Shown: positions 19,459 to 27,509, counted from the first letter of the stretch. The stretch is DNA of 64,000 nt from Bacillota bacterium (GCA_016280485.1 JAEEGU010000051.1:18166-82165), one strand, 5' to 3'. Made by a program: numbers and translations. The notes: generated by a model from the sequence alone, not told the origin.

Positions 19459-19704
19459 TGGTTCTCCTTTCTGTGGCTGTTCAAACCACTTACAATGTGC
19501 CAATTGCATTCACGCAAAGGGCGTTGTTTCTACCCCGGGCTATTGCCTGGAGCGATTCTTCGTATATATAAAAAGAGACCCTTCCCGACTTTTCGGAAAA
19601 GATCTCTCAGTTACTAAAAAATACTTCGTGAAGGTGCCTATCACGGCACTAAAAACCTTCATAAAGTACGTTGTTATTATATAATACTTTCGCCAATTTG
19701 TCAA
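19459..19704 (-). promoter_or_regulatory. Leader-repeat copy E1
   Basis: Minus strand: TTGACA 19704-19699, 17 nt, TATAAT 19681-19676, GTAC 19669-19666. Terminator hairpin 19607-19574 plus a U run. SD hairpin 19489-19473. This copy has the longest post-terminator spacer. Confidence 0.8.
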
Positions 19705-19826
19705 TTTAGATTTTTCGTATCGACTATTTTTTGAATATTTTTGATTTTTCTCTTGACAAAACGACTTATTCTGTTCTATGGTTATCGTAGATTAAGAAAT
19801 TAAACACAAAGAACGGAGGTAACATC

Positions 19827-20189
19827 ATGGGTGACAGCAAACTCGACATAATCCGAAAGATCATTAAAACGGATGGACTCCGTCTGAAAGAGGATGAAAA
19901 GGATACTCTTTTCAGTATTGCTAATGATCCCTCGAAGTACGACGGGTTCGTAAGTAAAGTTTTCACAAGAAAAGACTCCGGAAAGGATTACCGTGGCCCT
20001 TGGGACTCGGAATCAAAATATCAGTATAAAATCCGCACAAGTCCAAAGCTACAAATAGATAAGCGATTTATGCATGAATGCGACGGCGTGAAGCAAGATA
20101 AACATTGGGATTGGGATAATCCCTGGCAGATTACAGATGTCCGAGAAATCATTAAAATTCTACGTGAAATTTTCTCAACGTATGAGTAA
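19827..20189 (+). CDS. hypothetical protein (opposite-strand, AT-rich cassette)
   Basis: ACGGAGG SD 7 nt upstream. 120-aa ORF. Local AT-richness contrasts with the flanking sequence. Confidence 0.6.
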   Translation: MGDSKLDIIRKIIKTDGLRLKEDEKDTLFSIANDPSKYDGFVSKVFTRKDSGKDYRGPWDSESKYQYKIRTSPKLQIDKRFMHECDGVKQDKHWDWDNPWQITDVREIIKILREIFSTYE

Positions 20190-20218
20190 ATTACCCAATA
20201 GAAAATTCGCACTAAAAA

Positions 20219-20250
20219 CGGCGGCCACAGGTCAAATCTTGCGGCCGCCG
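20219..20250 (-). terminator. terminator of the E2 operon (hairpin shared with the convergent plus-strand gene)
   Basis: CGGCGGCC/GGCCGCCG stem. On the minus strand it is followed by UUUUUAG. Confidence 0.6.
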
Positions 20251-20263
20251 CTTATGATATGGA

Positions 20264-21097
20264 TCAGTTTTCAGTTGTGATGTCGTCCCAGGTGATGATG
20301 CTTGCGATGCCGGAATTTTTGATTTTCCGAGCGCACATCATGCACGGGACGGCTTTTATTGATTTGCCGTTCTCAAATCCTGCGAGATACATTTTTGCGC
20401 CCCGGGCTTCCCTGCCGGCCTGAGTTAGAGCGTTGTCTTCGGCGTGGATCGCAACACACAGCTCGTAATTTGCCCCATGTGGGATGTTCTTTGCCTTGCG
20501 AAGACACGCACCAATATCGCAGCAGTTCGGCTCGCCTGCTGCGCTCCCGTTGTAGCCGGTCGCAATAATCCGGTTATCGGTAGTGACGATGACGGCACCG
20601 TACTGTCTACGAAGGCAGGTCGATCTTGAGCTTACGGCTTCCGCAATACGAAGAAAATATTCGTCCTTGGTAGCACGGTTATGTGTTTTGCCGTTATAGT
20701 TTTCAGCCCAGGCCTGCTTCATTACTGGATTATCGTTCAAGTAGGCAGCGAGGGCCTCGCGGTCATCATCAGAAAGGCCGTCTGCAAACTTAGCAGCATT
20801 ACTGATCGCAAACCGAACACGGCTTTGTTTTCCGATATCAAATCTTTCATATTGAAGAGGATCTGTGTAATCGTCGTTGGCCGATGTGAAGAGCGTAATA
20901 TCAGCCAGGTTCAAATCCTTAACGATGCTCGAAGAATCGTCATTTTTTTGTTGTACGTCGATCAGCTTAGAGGTAATGTTAACGGTTAGAACGAGCCCCT
21001 CATTAAGCTGCTGAAGGTCGTTATTATATGCAAAAACAATTCGATTGTTCCGTGCAAGAGCATATTTGGCAATGAACTGATTCTTGTATTGATGCAT
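20264..21097 (-). CDS. dCMP/cytidine deaminase domain with ~130-aa N-terminal extension of unknown function
   Basis: C-terminal half carries VAIHAEDNAL and PCMMCARKI (the H-A-E / PCxxC zinc-deaminase signature, ComEB-like). AAGGGAG SD. Confidence 0.85.
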   Translation of the reverse strand: MHQYKNQFIAKYALARNNRIVFAYNNDLQQLNEGLVLTVNITSKLIDVQQKNDDSSSIVKDLNLADITLFTSANDDYTDPLQYERFDIGKQSRVRFAISNAAKFADGLSDDDREALAAYLNDNPVMKQAWAENYNGKTHNRATKDEYFLRIAEAVSSRSTCLRRQYGAVIVTTDNRIIATGYNGSAAGEPNCCDIGACLRKAKNIPHGANYELCVAIHAEDNALTQAGREARGAKMYLAGFENGKSIKAVPCMMCARKIKNSGIASIITWDDITTEN

Positions 21098-21152
21098 GAT
21101 TTAGCTCCCTTTTTCTGTTTTTGGAGTTGACAGATATAATATAGCGGATATG

Positions 21153-21195
21153 AAAACAAAACGCAACCAGAAAATCCGGTTGCGTTTTGTTTTTT
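21153..21195 (-). terminator. hairpin/terminator upstream of the deaminase gene
   Basis: AAAACAAAACGCAACCGG...CCGGUUGCGUUUUGUUUU, a long stem with U-rich 3' arm. Confidence 0.5.
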
Positions 21196-21215
21196 AAGAA
21201 ATATGCTGTTTTGTT

Positions 21216-21431
21216 TCAGAGTTTTTGGCTGCGCAAAATGAGCCAGGTGAATTCTGATGGCTGACATCCGGTGGATGCTTCAAATCCCTTTGAGATTTTC
21301 TCCGCAATGGCATTCGGATCAAGCATTCCCTGAACGGCCATTTGTATCGAAGCTGCTTTGGGAGTATTGTCTCCGCTAAAAGGGTCCGGCCATTGAATAT
21401 TAAAAACGATTGCAGCAATGAGCGTCATCAT
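21216..21431 (-). CDS. small hypothetical protein
   Basis: 71-aa ORF preferred over the overlapping 21194..21418. Only a weak purine-rich SD. Confidence 0.35.
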   Translation of the reverse strand: MMTLIAAIVFNIQWPDPFSGDNTPKAASIQMAVQGMLDPNAIAEKISKGFEASTGCQPSEFTWLILRSQKL

Positions 21432-21476
21432 TTTGAGTCTTCTTTCTTTTCAGCAACGATTTTGGGACAAACGTGA

Positions 21477-21719
21477 TTACTCATACTGCAGCACGCCTTT
21501 AATAGCCTTTAGTTGCGCTCTCCCCTCTTCGTCCGCAAGGATCCCAAGCCAATCGTTAGCAGGGATCACGAACTGATAAAAGGAGCCGTCGGCAGCCACG
21601 ACATCATTGGCGCAGAATGTTACGTCTTCACCCGTTTTGTTCTCAACGGTCGCAATGAAATCATAATCCTGCCCTGTTTCTTTTATGACGATTTTTTCGT
21701 CTTCATATATCTTTCTCAT
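21477..21719 (-). CDS. small hypothetical protein
   Basis: AAGGAG SD. 80 aa, acidic. Confidence 0.6.
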   Translation of the reverse strand: MRKIYEDEKIVIKETGQDYDFIATVENKTGEDVTFCANDVVAADGSFYQFVIPANDWLGILADEEGRAQLKAIKGVLQYE

Positions 21720-21732
21720 GTGAATCTCCTTT

Positions 21733-22467
21733 TCAGTCCCGCCAATAGCAGTAGAGACATCCGTGTGCGCACGGATGCTTAATAGAAAGCAGTTCTACCT
21801 TTTCCCCACAGCAGAGGCAGGCTTTTCTTTGCTTGTTCTCACTGTTAGTCATGTCAACGCCGAAAAGATCACATTCATACTTTCCGACGCAGCCGGCTTT
21901 TTCAGGTATTTTCAATGCAGGTTCACTGCAGCTTTCGATTGTCAGACCAGGATGTTCGCACACGATCAGAAGTAGCGTTTGATCCAAAGCCTTGAACTGC
22001 TCCGTTGACGCCTGGAAGTTGTTTCCATACGGCAGCGGCAATCCGGCTCGCTGAAATCGTTCCTGGACGTGTCTGTACATATCCAGCACTGATACGCGGA
22101 TTCGGCGAACACCGAGACGGTACATCGCCTCGATTACTTTCTTTGCCGTTGCAATCCCCTTTTCGGTCGGAATAATTGGGTCTACGCGAACCACGAGGCG
22201 TTCCAGCGGAAATCCGCTCTGCAGCAGGCGATCCAGTTGCTCAAGTGTTTGGCTCAAAGTCGGCACGTTTGGTTCAATCACCGTTCCGCCGTATCCGGTG
22301 CAGGACAGATGCAGCATCAAACGCTCTTGATTTACGAGGAGAACTTCTCGGAAAGCCGGAGACAGTTCCTTCGTTATCACGATTGCACCGGCCACGGTTC
22401 CGAGTTTGTCTCCCCAAGATAAATCAAGGGCAGCGTCGCCTTGTTCGGTAACTCCGATTTTACGCAT
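21733..22467 (-). CDS. DUF1848-like putative Fe-S protein (from memory)
   Basis: C-terminal Cys cluster RKACLCCGEK...HPCAHGCLYCYW, plus LHLSCTGYGGTVIEPNVP and VVRVDPIIP, resemble DUF1848. Confidence 0.65.
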   Translation of the reverse strand: MRKIGVTEQGDAALDLSWGDKLGTVAGAIVITKELSPAFREVLLVNQERLMLHLSCTGYGGTVIEPNVPTLSQTLEQLDRLLQSGFPLERLVVRVDPIIPTEKGIATAKKVIEAMYRLGVRRIRVSVLDMYRHVQERFQRAGLPLPYGNNFQASTEQFKALDQTLLLIVCEHPGLTIESCSEPALKIPEKAGCVGKYECDLFGVDMTNSENKQRKACLCCGEKVELLSIKHPCAHGCLYCYWRD

Positions 22468-22642
22468 CGCTTACCTCGCCTCCTGCTTTGCCCTCGTGCG
22501 GCGCTCCTTCTGCCATGACGTGATATACTGTTTCATGGCCTTTGATCGCCACACCGATCTCAGTGACGGTGTAGCCCATTTCCGCATAGAGTCCTGCGAG
22601 GCGGTTCAGAGCTTCCTGAATCAGTTCTCCACATGTCTTCAT
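22460..22642 (-). CDS. small hypothetical protein
   Basis: GGAGG SD. 60 aa. 8-nt overlap with the downstream gene. Confidence 0.5.
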   Translation of the reverse strand: MKTCGELIQEALNRLAGLYAEMGYTVTEIGVAIKGHETVYHVMAEGAPHEGKAGGEVSDA

Positions 22643-22716
22643 GACAATACCTCCTGTTCGGCAATATTGTCCACCTGGTCTGCCATGATCTTTTCTTTAA
22701 GTTCTTCACAATTCAT
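22639..22716 (-). CDS. possible 25-aa micro-ORF
   Basis: GAAGGAGAA SD, then ATG at 22716. Its stop overlaps the next ATG as ATGA. Below the track cutoff. Confidence 0.35.
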   Translation of the reverse strand: MNCEELKEKIMADQVDNIAEQEVLS

Positions 22717-22729
22717 TTTGATTTCTCCT

Positions 22730-22996
22730 TCAGATGTGGGCCGCGTACATGACGGACGGCGTGATCGAATACACCATGGATACGCCATGTTCACGTACAT
22801 AAGCCCAGAACTCTTCTTTCTGATTTCCCGGCAAATCATGGTTAATAAAAACCAGGAGCCGGTCTATGTCGTTGTTTTTACTGTACTCAGCAATGCGTTC
22901 CTTTGCATCTCGGAGCGTCGTTTGAGGTGAATACTCGTTGTCAATCTCTTTATGGAGAAACATGAGAATCGCTGCCGGTACATTTTGCTGTGACAT
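22730..22996 (-). CDS. small hypothetical protein
   Basis: Internal ATG after the GGAAAGGAGAA SD. 88 aa. Confidence 0.6.
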   Translation of the reverse strand: MSQQNVPAAILMFLHKEIDNEYSPQTTLRDAKERIAEYSKNNDIDRLLVFINHDLPGNQKEEFWAYVREHGVSMVYSITPSVMYAAHI

Positions 22997-23060
22997 AAAG
23001 CATTCTCCTTTCCTTGCCGGAAAGATGGGCACAGCCCCGCAAATGCGGGGCTGTTGTTCT

Positions 23061-23447
23061 TTAACCGGCTTTTTCGCTTTCGTCAAGCAGTTCTTTCTGG
23101 CGTTCGGATGTGATCAAGCCCAGATTATACAGGTAACTTGCCGCATCTCTTCCGCGATAGACGCTCTCACGAAAAGACTTGATTGCGACCAATCGTTCGA
23201 AATGAACGGCATCTTCCCCATTCTCAACGGGTTTTCCGTTCTGAAATCCTGTGAAGGATTCCTGAAAACCGAAGTGCTCTCCGCCCTTGTCCAGGATAAC
23301 CGGGATTCCATTGGAATCGTGGAAAAACACCACCGGGAAGTCCCGCCGGGTCAGAGAGCCCTGAATTTCACGGGTAATGGGCTCATTGTCTCTTGACGCG
23401 AAATCCAGAACCGCCTCAAAAAATGGATTGTTCCGCTTGTGCGCCAT
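23061..23447 (-). CDS. hypothetical protein
   Basis: Internal ATG after the GAGGAGG SD. 128 aa. Confidence 0.6.
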   Translation of the reverse strand: MAHKRNNPFFEAVLDFASRDNEPITREIQGSLTRRDFPVVFFHDSNGIPVILDKGGEHFGFQESFTGFQNGKPVENGEDAVHFERLVAIKSFRESVYRGRDAASYLYNLGLITSERQKELLDESEKAG

Positions 23448-23460
23448 TCCAATCACCTCC

Positions 23461-24699
23461 TCACAGCAAAAATGCATACGCTGCCATGAGATATGCAGCG
23501 TGAGCAAGGAAGGCGAACGGAAAACGCTCGAACGCGGCGCTGCATGCGGTGTCTCCGTCATTTAAGGCGCCCTCGATCCAGCGGAGCGCAATCGCCTCTT
23601 CCCTTGTCGGGCGAAGAAAACCCTGGGAGATGTACATGCTCTTGACACCCATACTTCCCATAGGAAGTTCTTCGTCCTTGGATACATATATCCGGTCTAC
23701 CCATTCTCCGTCCTGGTTCTTTCGCTTGCTCGTCTCAATCTTGAAGGTCTTGATACATCCAAGACCATGAAGCAGTGATACGGCGGCAATGGTTTCCAGG
23801 GATACAGGCCAGTGGGTATAGTCGACCAGGTCAACCAAGTTGTAAAACATCTTGATTGCCATATCTACAAGCCCACCTTCATAGGCGCCATGGTTATTTG
23901 CGGAGGCGTAGGCGGTGAAGAAATCACTCAGTTTTCCGCAGATATAACCAAGGAGTTTATCCGCGCCGGGGCGTGTCCACAAATACTTCTGAAAGAGCAA
24001 AATGTAATGTTCTTTCGAAGAAGCACCGTCAGGGATCGGCGGGAGCTGCTCCCGGAGGGTGTGGCAGAACTCTGCGCCGTCAACTCTCGATTCTGCAGGA
24101 ATTTCGACCTTTTCGTTTTCGTCAATATAGGTAGCGAATCCGTCAGCAAGGTGCGTAAAGAGAATCAGCGGCGGAATTTGCTTCTCGTAGTCCTTTTTCC
24201 AAACATCAACAACTTCCTGGGCGCCGCGGCTCCCAACCATGAATCCGCCCATGTGCCAGCGAATTGCGAGAGCTTCTTCTGTGGATAGCGAAACGCCGCT
24301 CAGCAGATGGAGAGATTTTTCTCCATGACCGAAGGGCAGCAGATCGTCGTACTCCCAACTATCAATCTGCTCCCACAAGCCGGTGTCCGGATTTTTCACG
24401 TTCTTTTTGCAGGGCTTATAAAAGAAGGTCTTGCAGAGGTCGTGGTACATTCCGCAAACGAATGCGGAATCTTCTGGAATCCTTCCGTCCGGAAGAAGCT
24501 TGGAAAGACCTACAAGCCTGCGATACACATGCCGGGAGTGGTCATACAAGCCGCCGGCATAGTTCCCGTGATACTTCACGGATGCAGGGGCGTCAAAAAA
24601 ATCTGACGCTATCAGGGCCTCAATCATTGAGCCGTCTACTCTGCTATACCTTTTGTTCAGCGAGCGGAATTCTTCCACACGCTCTTCTTTTGTCATCAT
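23461..24699 (-). CDS. HD-domain phosphohydrolase, apparently tandem (second copy degenerate)
   Basis: YHGNYAGGLYDHS...MYHDLCK gives the H...HD signature. The second half (HGAYEGGLVDM...LLHGLG) repeats the pattern. Confidence 0.75.
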   Translation of the reverse strand: MMTKEERVEEFRSLNKRYSRVDGSMIEALIASDFFDAPASVKYHGNYAGGLYDHSRHVYRRLVGLSKLLPDGRIPEDSAFVCGMYHDLCKTFFYKPCKKNVKNPDTGLWEQIDSWEYDDLLPFGHGEKSLHLLSGVSLSTEEALAIRWHMGGFMVGSRGAQEVVDVWKKDYEKQIPPLILFTHLADGFATYIDENEKVEIPAESRVDGAEFCHTLREQLPPIPDGASSKEHYILLFQKYLWTRPGADKLLGYICGKLSDFFTAYASANNHGAYEGGLVDMAIKMFYNLVDLVDYTHWPVSLETIAAVSLLHGLGCIKTFKIETSKRKNQDGEWVDRIYVSKDEELPMGSMGVKSMYISQGFLRPTREEAIALRWIEGALNDGDTACSAAFERFPFAFLAHAAYLMAAYAFLL

Positions 24700-24746
24700 A
24701 TCGTTCTCCTTCCTCGTCCTTTAATAGGACGCACATAAGCAAGTTC

Positions 24747-25097
24747 TTAGTCAGCTCGATAGCCTTTTCGAGCTGCAGCTTCGTAGTATGCCGGATCCCA
24801 GTTATCGGCTGCTTTCAGAAAAAGGGAAGCAATTATGCTTACCGATTCCCTTATGCTTGCCCGACGCCTGGTTCTTCTGATTGCCGCCAACTCGAACCAA
24901 GCTGTTTCGTCCTCTGTCCAGTTGGGGAAACGCTGTTCGGGTAGTCCGACTTGCGCCGGGATGAAGCGGTTCGGCGCTTCCAATGACTGTCGGATCATAA
25001 CCTCTTGTATCGGAGAGATCTGCCCTTCCACAACCGCAGAATTTCTTACGGTTGCACCGTCGATGTCCCGGTAGATGTACTCAAACTCCGTGTTCAA
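24747..25097 (-). CDS. hypothetical protein, YxYRD family (paralogue of 44511..44852)
   Basis: TTG start overlapping the ssb stop (TTGA). N-terminus is EYIYRD, followed by FIPAQVGL and W.EL. Confidence 0.6.
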   Translation of the reverse strand: MNTEFEYIYRDIDGATVRNSAVVEGQISPIQEVMIRQSLEAPNRFIPAQVGLPEQRFPNWTEDETAWFELAAIRRTRRRASIRESVSIIASLFLKAADNWDPAYYEAAARKGYRAD

Positions 25098-25501
25098 GTG
25101 TCATCACCAGCCCCCTGTCCAGCCTCTTCGAAGGAATAGCTGGCGTCCAGACGCGGGGCGTAGTCCATGGGATTGACTGTGGGCTTCTTCTTGGGCTTCC
25201 ACGGGCTTACAGCGATCGTGTCAGCCTTGACTTCGATTTGGGATCGTTCCCTGCCCGTGGAGCTGTCCGTCCAGTACCGCGTGACAAGAGCGCCGGTCAC
25301 AGTAATAAGCTGCCCCTTCTTGCAATCCGCGAGGACCTCCGCCCAGACGTCCCAGGCGACAATGTCGTAAAAGTCAGCCTGAGCATCGGTATCCCGGTGA
25401 TGCGCGAGCCGCACCGATGTTACCGCCTTTCCATTCTGCGTTCTGCGCAAAACAGGATCGGTGGCAATTCTTCCTGCGAGTACGATTTGATTTACCATCA
25501 T
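25094..25501 (-). CDS. ssb: single-stranded DNA-binding protein
   Basis: Start moved to the internal ATG after GGAAAGGAAC. OB-fold pattern MVNQIVLAGRIATDPVLRRTQNGKAV...DFYDIVAWDVWAE...KKGQLITVTGAL. First gene after E2. Confidence 0.9.
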   Translation of the reverse strand: MMVNQIVLAGRIATDPVLRRTQNGKAVTSVRLAHHRDTDAQADFYDIVAWDVWAEVLADCKKGQLITVTGALVTRYWTDSSTGRERSQIEVKADTIAVSPWKPKKKPTVNPMDYAPRLDASYSFEEAGQGAGDDT

Positions 25502-25710
25502 TTTAATGTTCCTTTCCGCCCATTCGTCCAAATGGGCCGTCCCTGTGGCAATTCTTCGGCCTATATGCAAAAAGAGACCTTCTCCGCTAATCCGCGGAAA
25601 AGATCTCTCAATTACAAAAAAGGTACTTCGTGAAGATACGCCACAAACAGCATATAAATATCCTTCATAAAGTACGTGTTTAGTATATACTAAAAATGTT
25701 ATTTTGTCAA
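25502..25710 (-). promoter_or_regulatory. Leader-repeat copy E2
   Basis: Minus strand: TTGACA 25710-25705, 17 nt, TATACT 25687-25682, GTAC 25675-25672. Terminator hairpin 25608-25573 (15 bp) plus U5. SD hairpin 25537-25518 with loop UGGACG. Confidence 0.8.
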
Positions 25711-25735
25711 TTCAATTTTTCACAAAATGAAAAAA

Positions 25736-25769
25736 GGCAGACCCATCAACCGAAGTTGCGGGGTCTGCC
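25736..25769 (-). terminator. intrinsic terminator after the kinase-like gene
   Basis: GGCAGACCC/GGGTCTGCC stem followed by U6 on the minus strand, 5 nt after the stop. Confidence 0.75.
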
Positions 25770-25773
25770 TTTT

Positions 25774-26754
25774 TTAATTCGCGCCAACAGCGGCGAAGAG
25801 ATCTTCTTCCGACACATGCGCCTCGATTGCAGGCGGGGCAGGAACATACTTTTCCGAGTAAGACGATATTTTGAATTTCAAGTTATCAAACGTATTGTCC
25901 TTCTTGATATCCCTTACGGCCCCGCCAATTCCCTTTCGAAAAAACTGAAGCGCATCTTCAGCGGGATTATTAAGCAGATTACGGAGAACGGACATGAAGA
26001 CATCCGGAGCTTTGCCGGGTAGCCGCTTTTGCGTTATTCTCGCATCGATCGGGTCGTTTGAAAGAATTGCCCACAACATTGAAACGGCGGCGCAGACATC
26101 AAATGATGTGCTGCGATTACCTCGTGCTATTGCGCCGTCCGGTACGTGAGCCGGAAGGTAGTATTGATATAACGACGGAAGATCAGCGGTTTCAGTAAGT
26201 TCTGACGCAAAGAAAAAGTCGCCAAACAATATCTTTTCTCCCGCCTGGTACAGAGCGTTCGGTCCCATATCTCCGTGGACATAGCCGGCTTCGCTTAGGT
26301 CTCGGAGCATATTTCCCACCTTAATAGCGAGGTCGCCGACCTGAAATACTGAAATATCGCTCCCCCGCAATACGTCAAAGTATCTGGTATAAGCCGGAGT
26401 AATCAAGTAGATATGCTTTGTTTCTCCGTCATTGATTGTGTCAGCTTTAATCAGCACGGTGACGCAGCTTACTTTTTTCCGGTTCAGCTCAGCTATCGTT
26501 TTTACATGATTTTGTACGCGATCCCAGAGCCAGGAATAATAACCGGGCATATCTGCTTCCGAGAGCAGCAGAGCTGTTGCTACGGCGGACTCCCGTTCTT
26601 TATCGAAGGGGATCTGGATGTGTGTTATATCACAGTTTTCGGTATGAGTCCCATCGACTGAGATTTTTGCGGTATAGGTATCTCCATACCACGTTTGATA
26701 TTTCAGCCGTTCCTTTTTGCAAAACCGTTCATACGGATTTCCGGCGGTTGCCAT
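25774..26754 (-). CDS. protein-kinase-like (ePK fold) protein
   Basis: Catalytic-loop-like YVHGDMGPNAL, DFG-like LFGDFFFA, subdomain-IX-like DVCAAVSMLWAIL. GAAGGAGG SD. Has its own promoter and terminator. Confidence 0.7.
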   Translation of the reverse strand: MATAGNPYERFCKKERLKYQTWYGDTYTAKISVDGTHTENCDITHIQIPFDKERESAVATALLLSEADMPGYYSWLWDRVQNHVKTIAELNRKKVSCVTVLIKADTINDGETKHIYLITPAYTRYFDVLRGSDISVFQVGDLAIKVGNMLRDLSEAGYVHGDMGPNALYQAGEKILFGDFFFASELTETADLPSLYQYYLPAHVPDGAIARGNRSTSFDVCAAVSMLWAILSNDPIDARITQKRLPGKAPDVFMSVLRNLLNNPAEDALQFFRKGIGGAVRDIKKDNTFDNLKFKISSYSEKYVPAPPAIEAHVSEEDLFAAVGAN

Positions 26755-26821
26755 TTAGTCGCTCCTCCTTCGCTTTGGCAATAGACTGTGATCGAACCAT
26801 GCCAGAAGTTTCTATATTGCA

Positions 26822-26850
26822 ACTATATAATAAATCTGTTATTCTGTCAA
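26822..26850 (-). promoter_or_regulatory. sigma-A promoter of the kinase-like gene
   Basis: Minus strand: TTGACA 26850-26845, 17 nt, TATAGT 26827-26822. No repeat-family leader. Confidence 0.65.
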
Positions 26851-26872
26851 CTCCGCTCGTCTGAAAATAAAA

Positions 26873-26903
26873 CTCCCGCTCAAAATATTGTTTTAAGCGG
26901 GAG
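26873..26903 (-). terminator. intrinsic terminator after the XRE gene
   Basis: GCUCCCGCU...AGCGGGAG hairpin followed by UUUUAUUUU on the minus strand. Confidence 0.65.
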
Positions 26904-26990
26904 CTCATTTCTGCATTTTCCTATTCAAAAACATATTTATCACTTACGCGGAGACCCACGTAACACTCCATTACTCTTACTTTATTTTGC

Positions 26991-27458
26991 TTAATCTGAA
27001 TTATTTGTAGAATTTTGCGCCTTTTTACTTTTCCTTTCGACACGTTTTATTTCTTTGGCGCTGTCTTTTATAATATCCAGGATAACAAACTGTTTGTCTA
27101 ATGGAAGCTCGGTGATTATTTTTATAAGCGCTACGGTTTCGTCCGGAAGAGTTTTGATTTTAAGCATCAGTTCAACTGCAGTTTGAGACAACTGCGGGAA
27201 AGTAGCGTAGAGTTTTTCTTTTTCTGTCGAATTGGCTTCGACTCCAATCCGAAACATTTCTCCTGTTCCAAACTGCAGCCATTCATCTCGTACACCAAAG
27301 ACTTGAGAAATTAGTGTGATGATGTGACTGCTTGGAGTTGTTACACCGCTTTCGTATGCAGAAATTGTGCTTGCTTTGAGATTGATTCTGGAAGCAAATA
27401 GTGCCTGCGTTAATCCTAAGGCTTTTCTTAGAGTTTTGATTTGTTCGCCGGGACTCAT
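26991..27458 (-). CDS. XRE/cI-like HTH regulator
   Basis: Internal ATG after the GGAAGGGAG SD. IKTLRKALGLTQALFASRINLKASTISAYESG is an HTH_3 motif. Divergent from 27688..28203. Confidence 0.8.
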   Translation of the reverse strand: MSPGEQIKTLRKALGLTQALFASRINLKASTISAYESGVTTPSSHIITLISQVFGVRDEWLQFGTGEMFRIGVEANSTEKEKLYATFPQLSQTAVELMLKIKTLPDETVALIKIITELPLDKQFVILDIIKDSAKEIKRVERKSKKAQNSTNNSD

Positions 27459-27480
27459 GATAATCACTCCCTTCCGGGAT

Positions 27481-27509
27481 ATTTTATCATCAAAACCGTT
27501 ATTTGTCAA
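27481..27509 (-). promoter_or_regulatory. promoter of the XRE gene
   Basis: Minus strand: TTGACA 27509-27504, 17 nt, TAAAAT 27486-27481. Confidence 0.55.

Noticed and set aside
18352-19617. Long ORFs on the strand opposite the main array. Examples are 18352..19617 (421 aa), 52390..53775 (461 aa), 51336..52334, 43881..44732, 35628..36221, 4269..4940 and 6428..7012.
   Set aside because: Each lies antisense to a better-supported gene that has an SD and recognisable motifs. Their translations are Arg/Ser/Leu-rich and low in complexity, and none has an SD. They look like shadow ORFs caused by codon bias.
19459-19704. The leader repeats could be F-plasmid Frpo-type single-stranded DNA promoters.
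   Set aside because: In Frpo the -35 and -10 boxes are formed within a folded hairpin of the transferred strand. Here the -35 and -10 are an ordinary contiguous TTGACA-17-TATACT with no complementary partner nearby, and the hairpins lie downstream of +1. I cannot exclude ssDNA activity, but the sequence does not require it.
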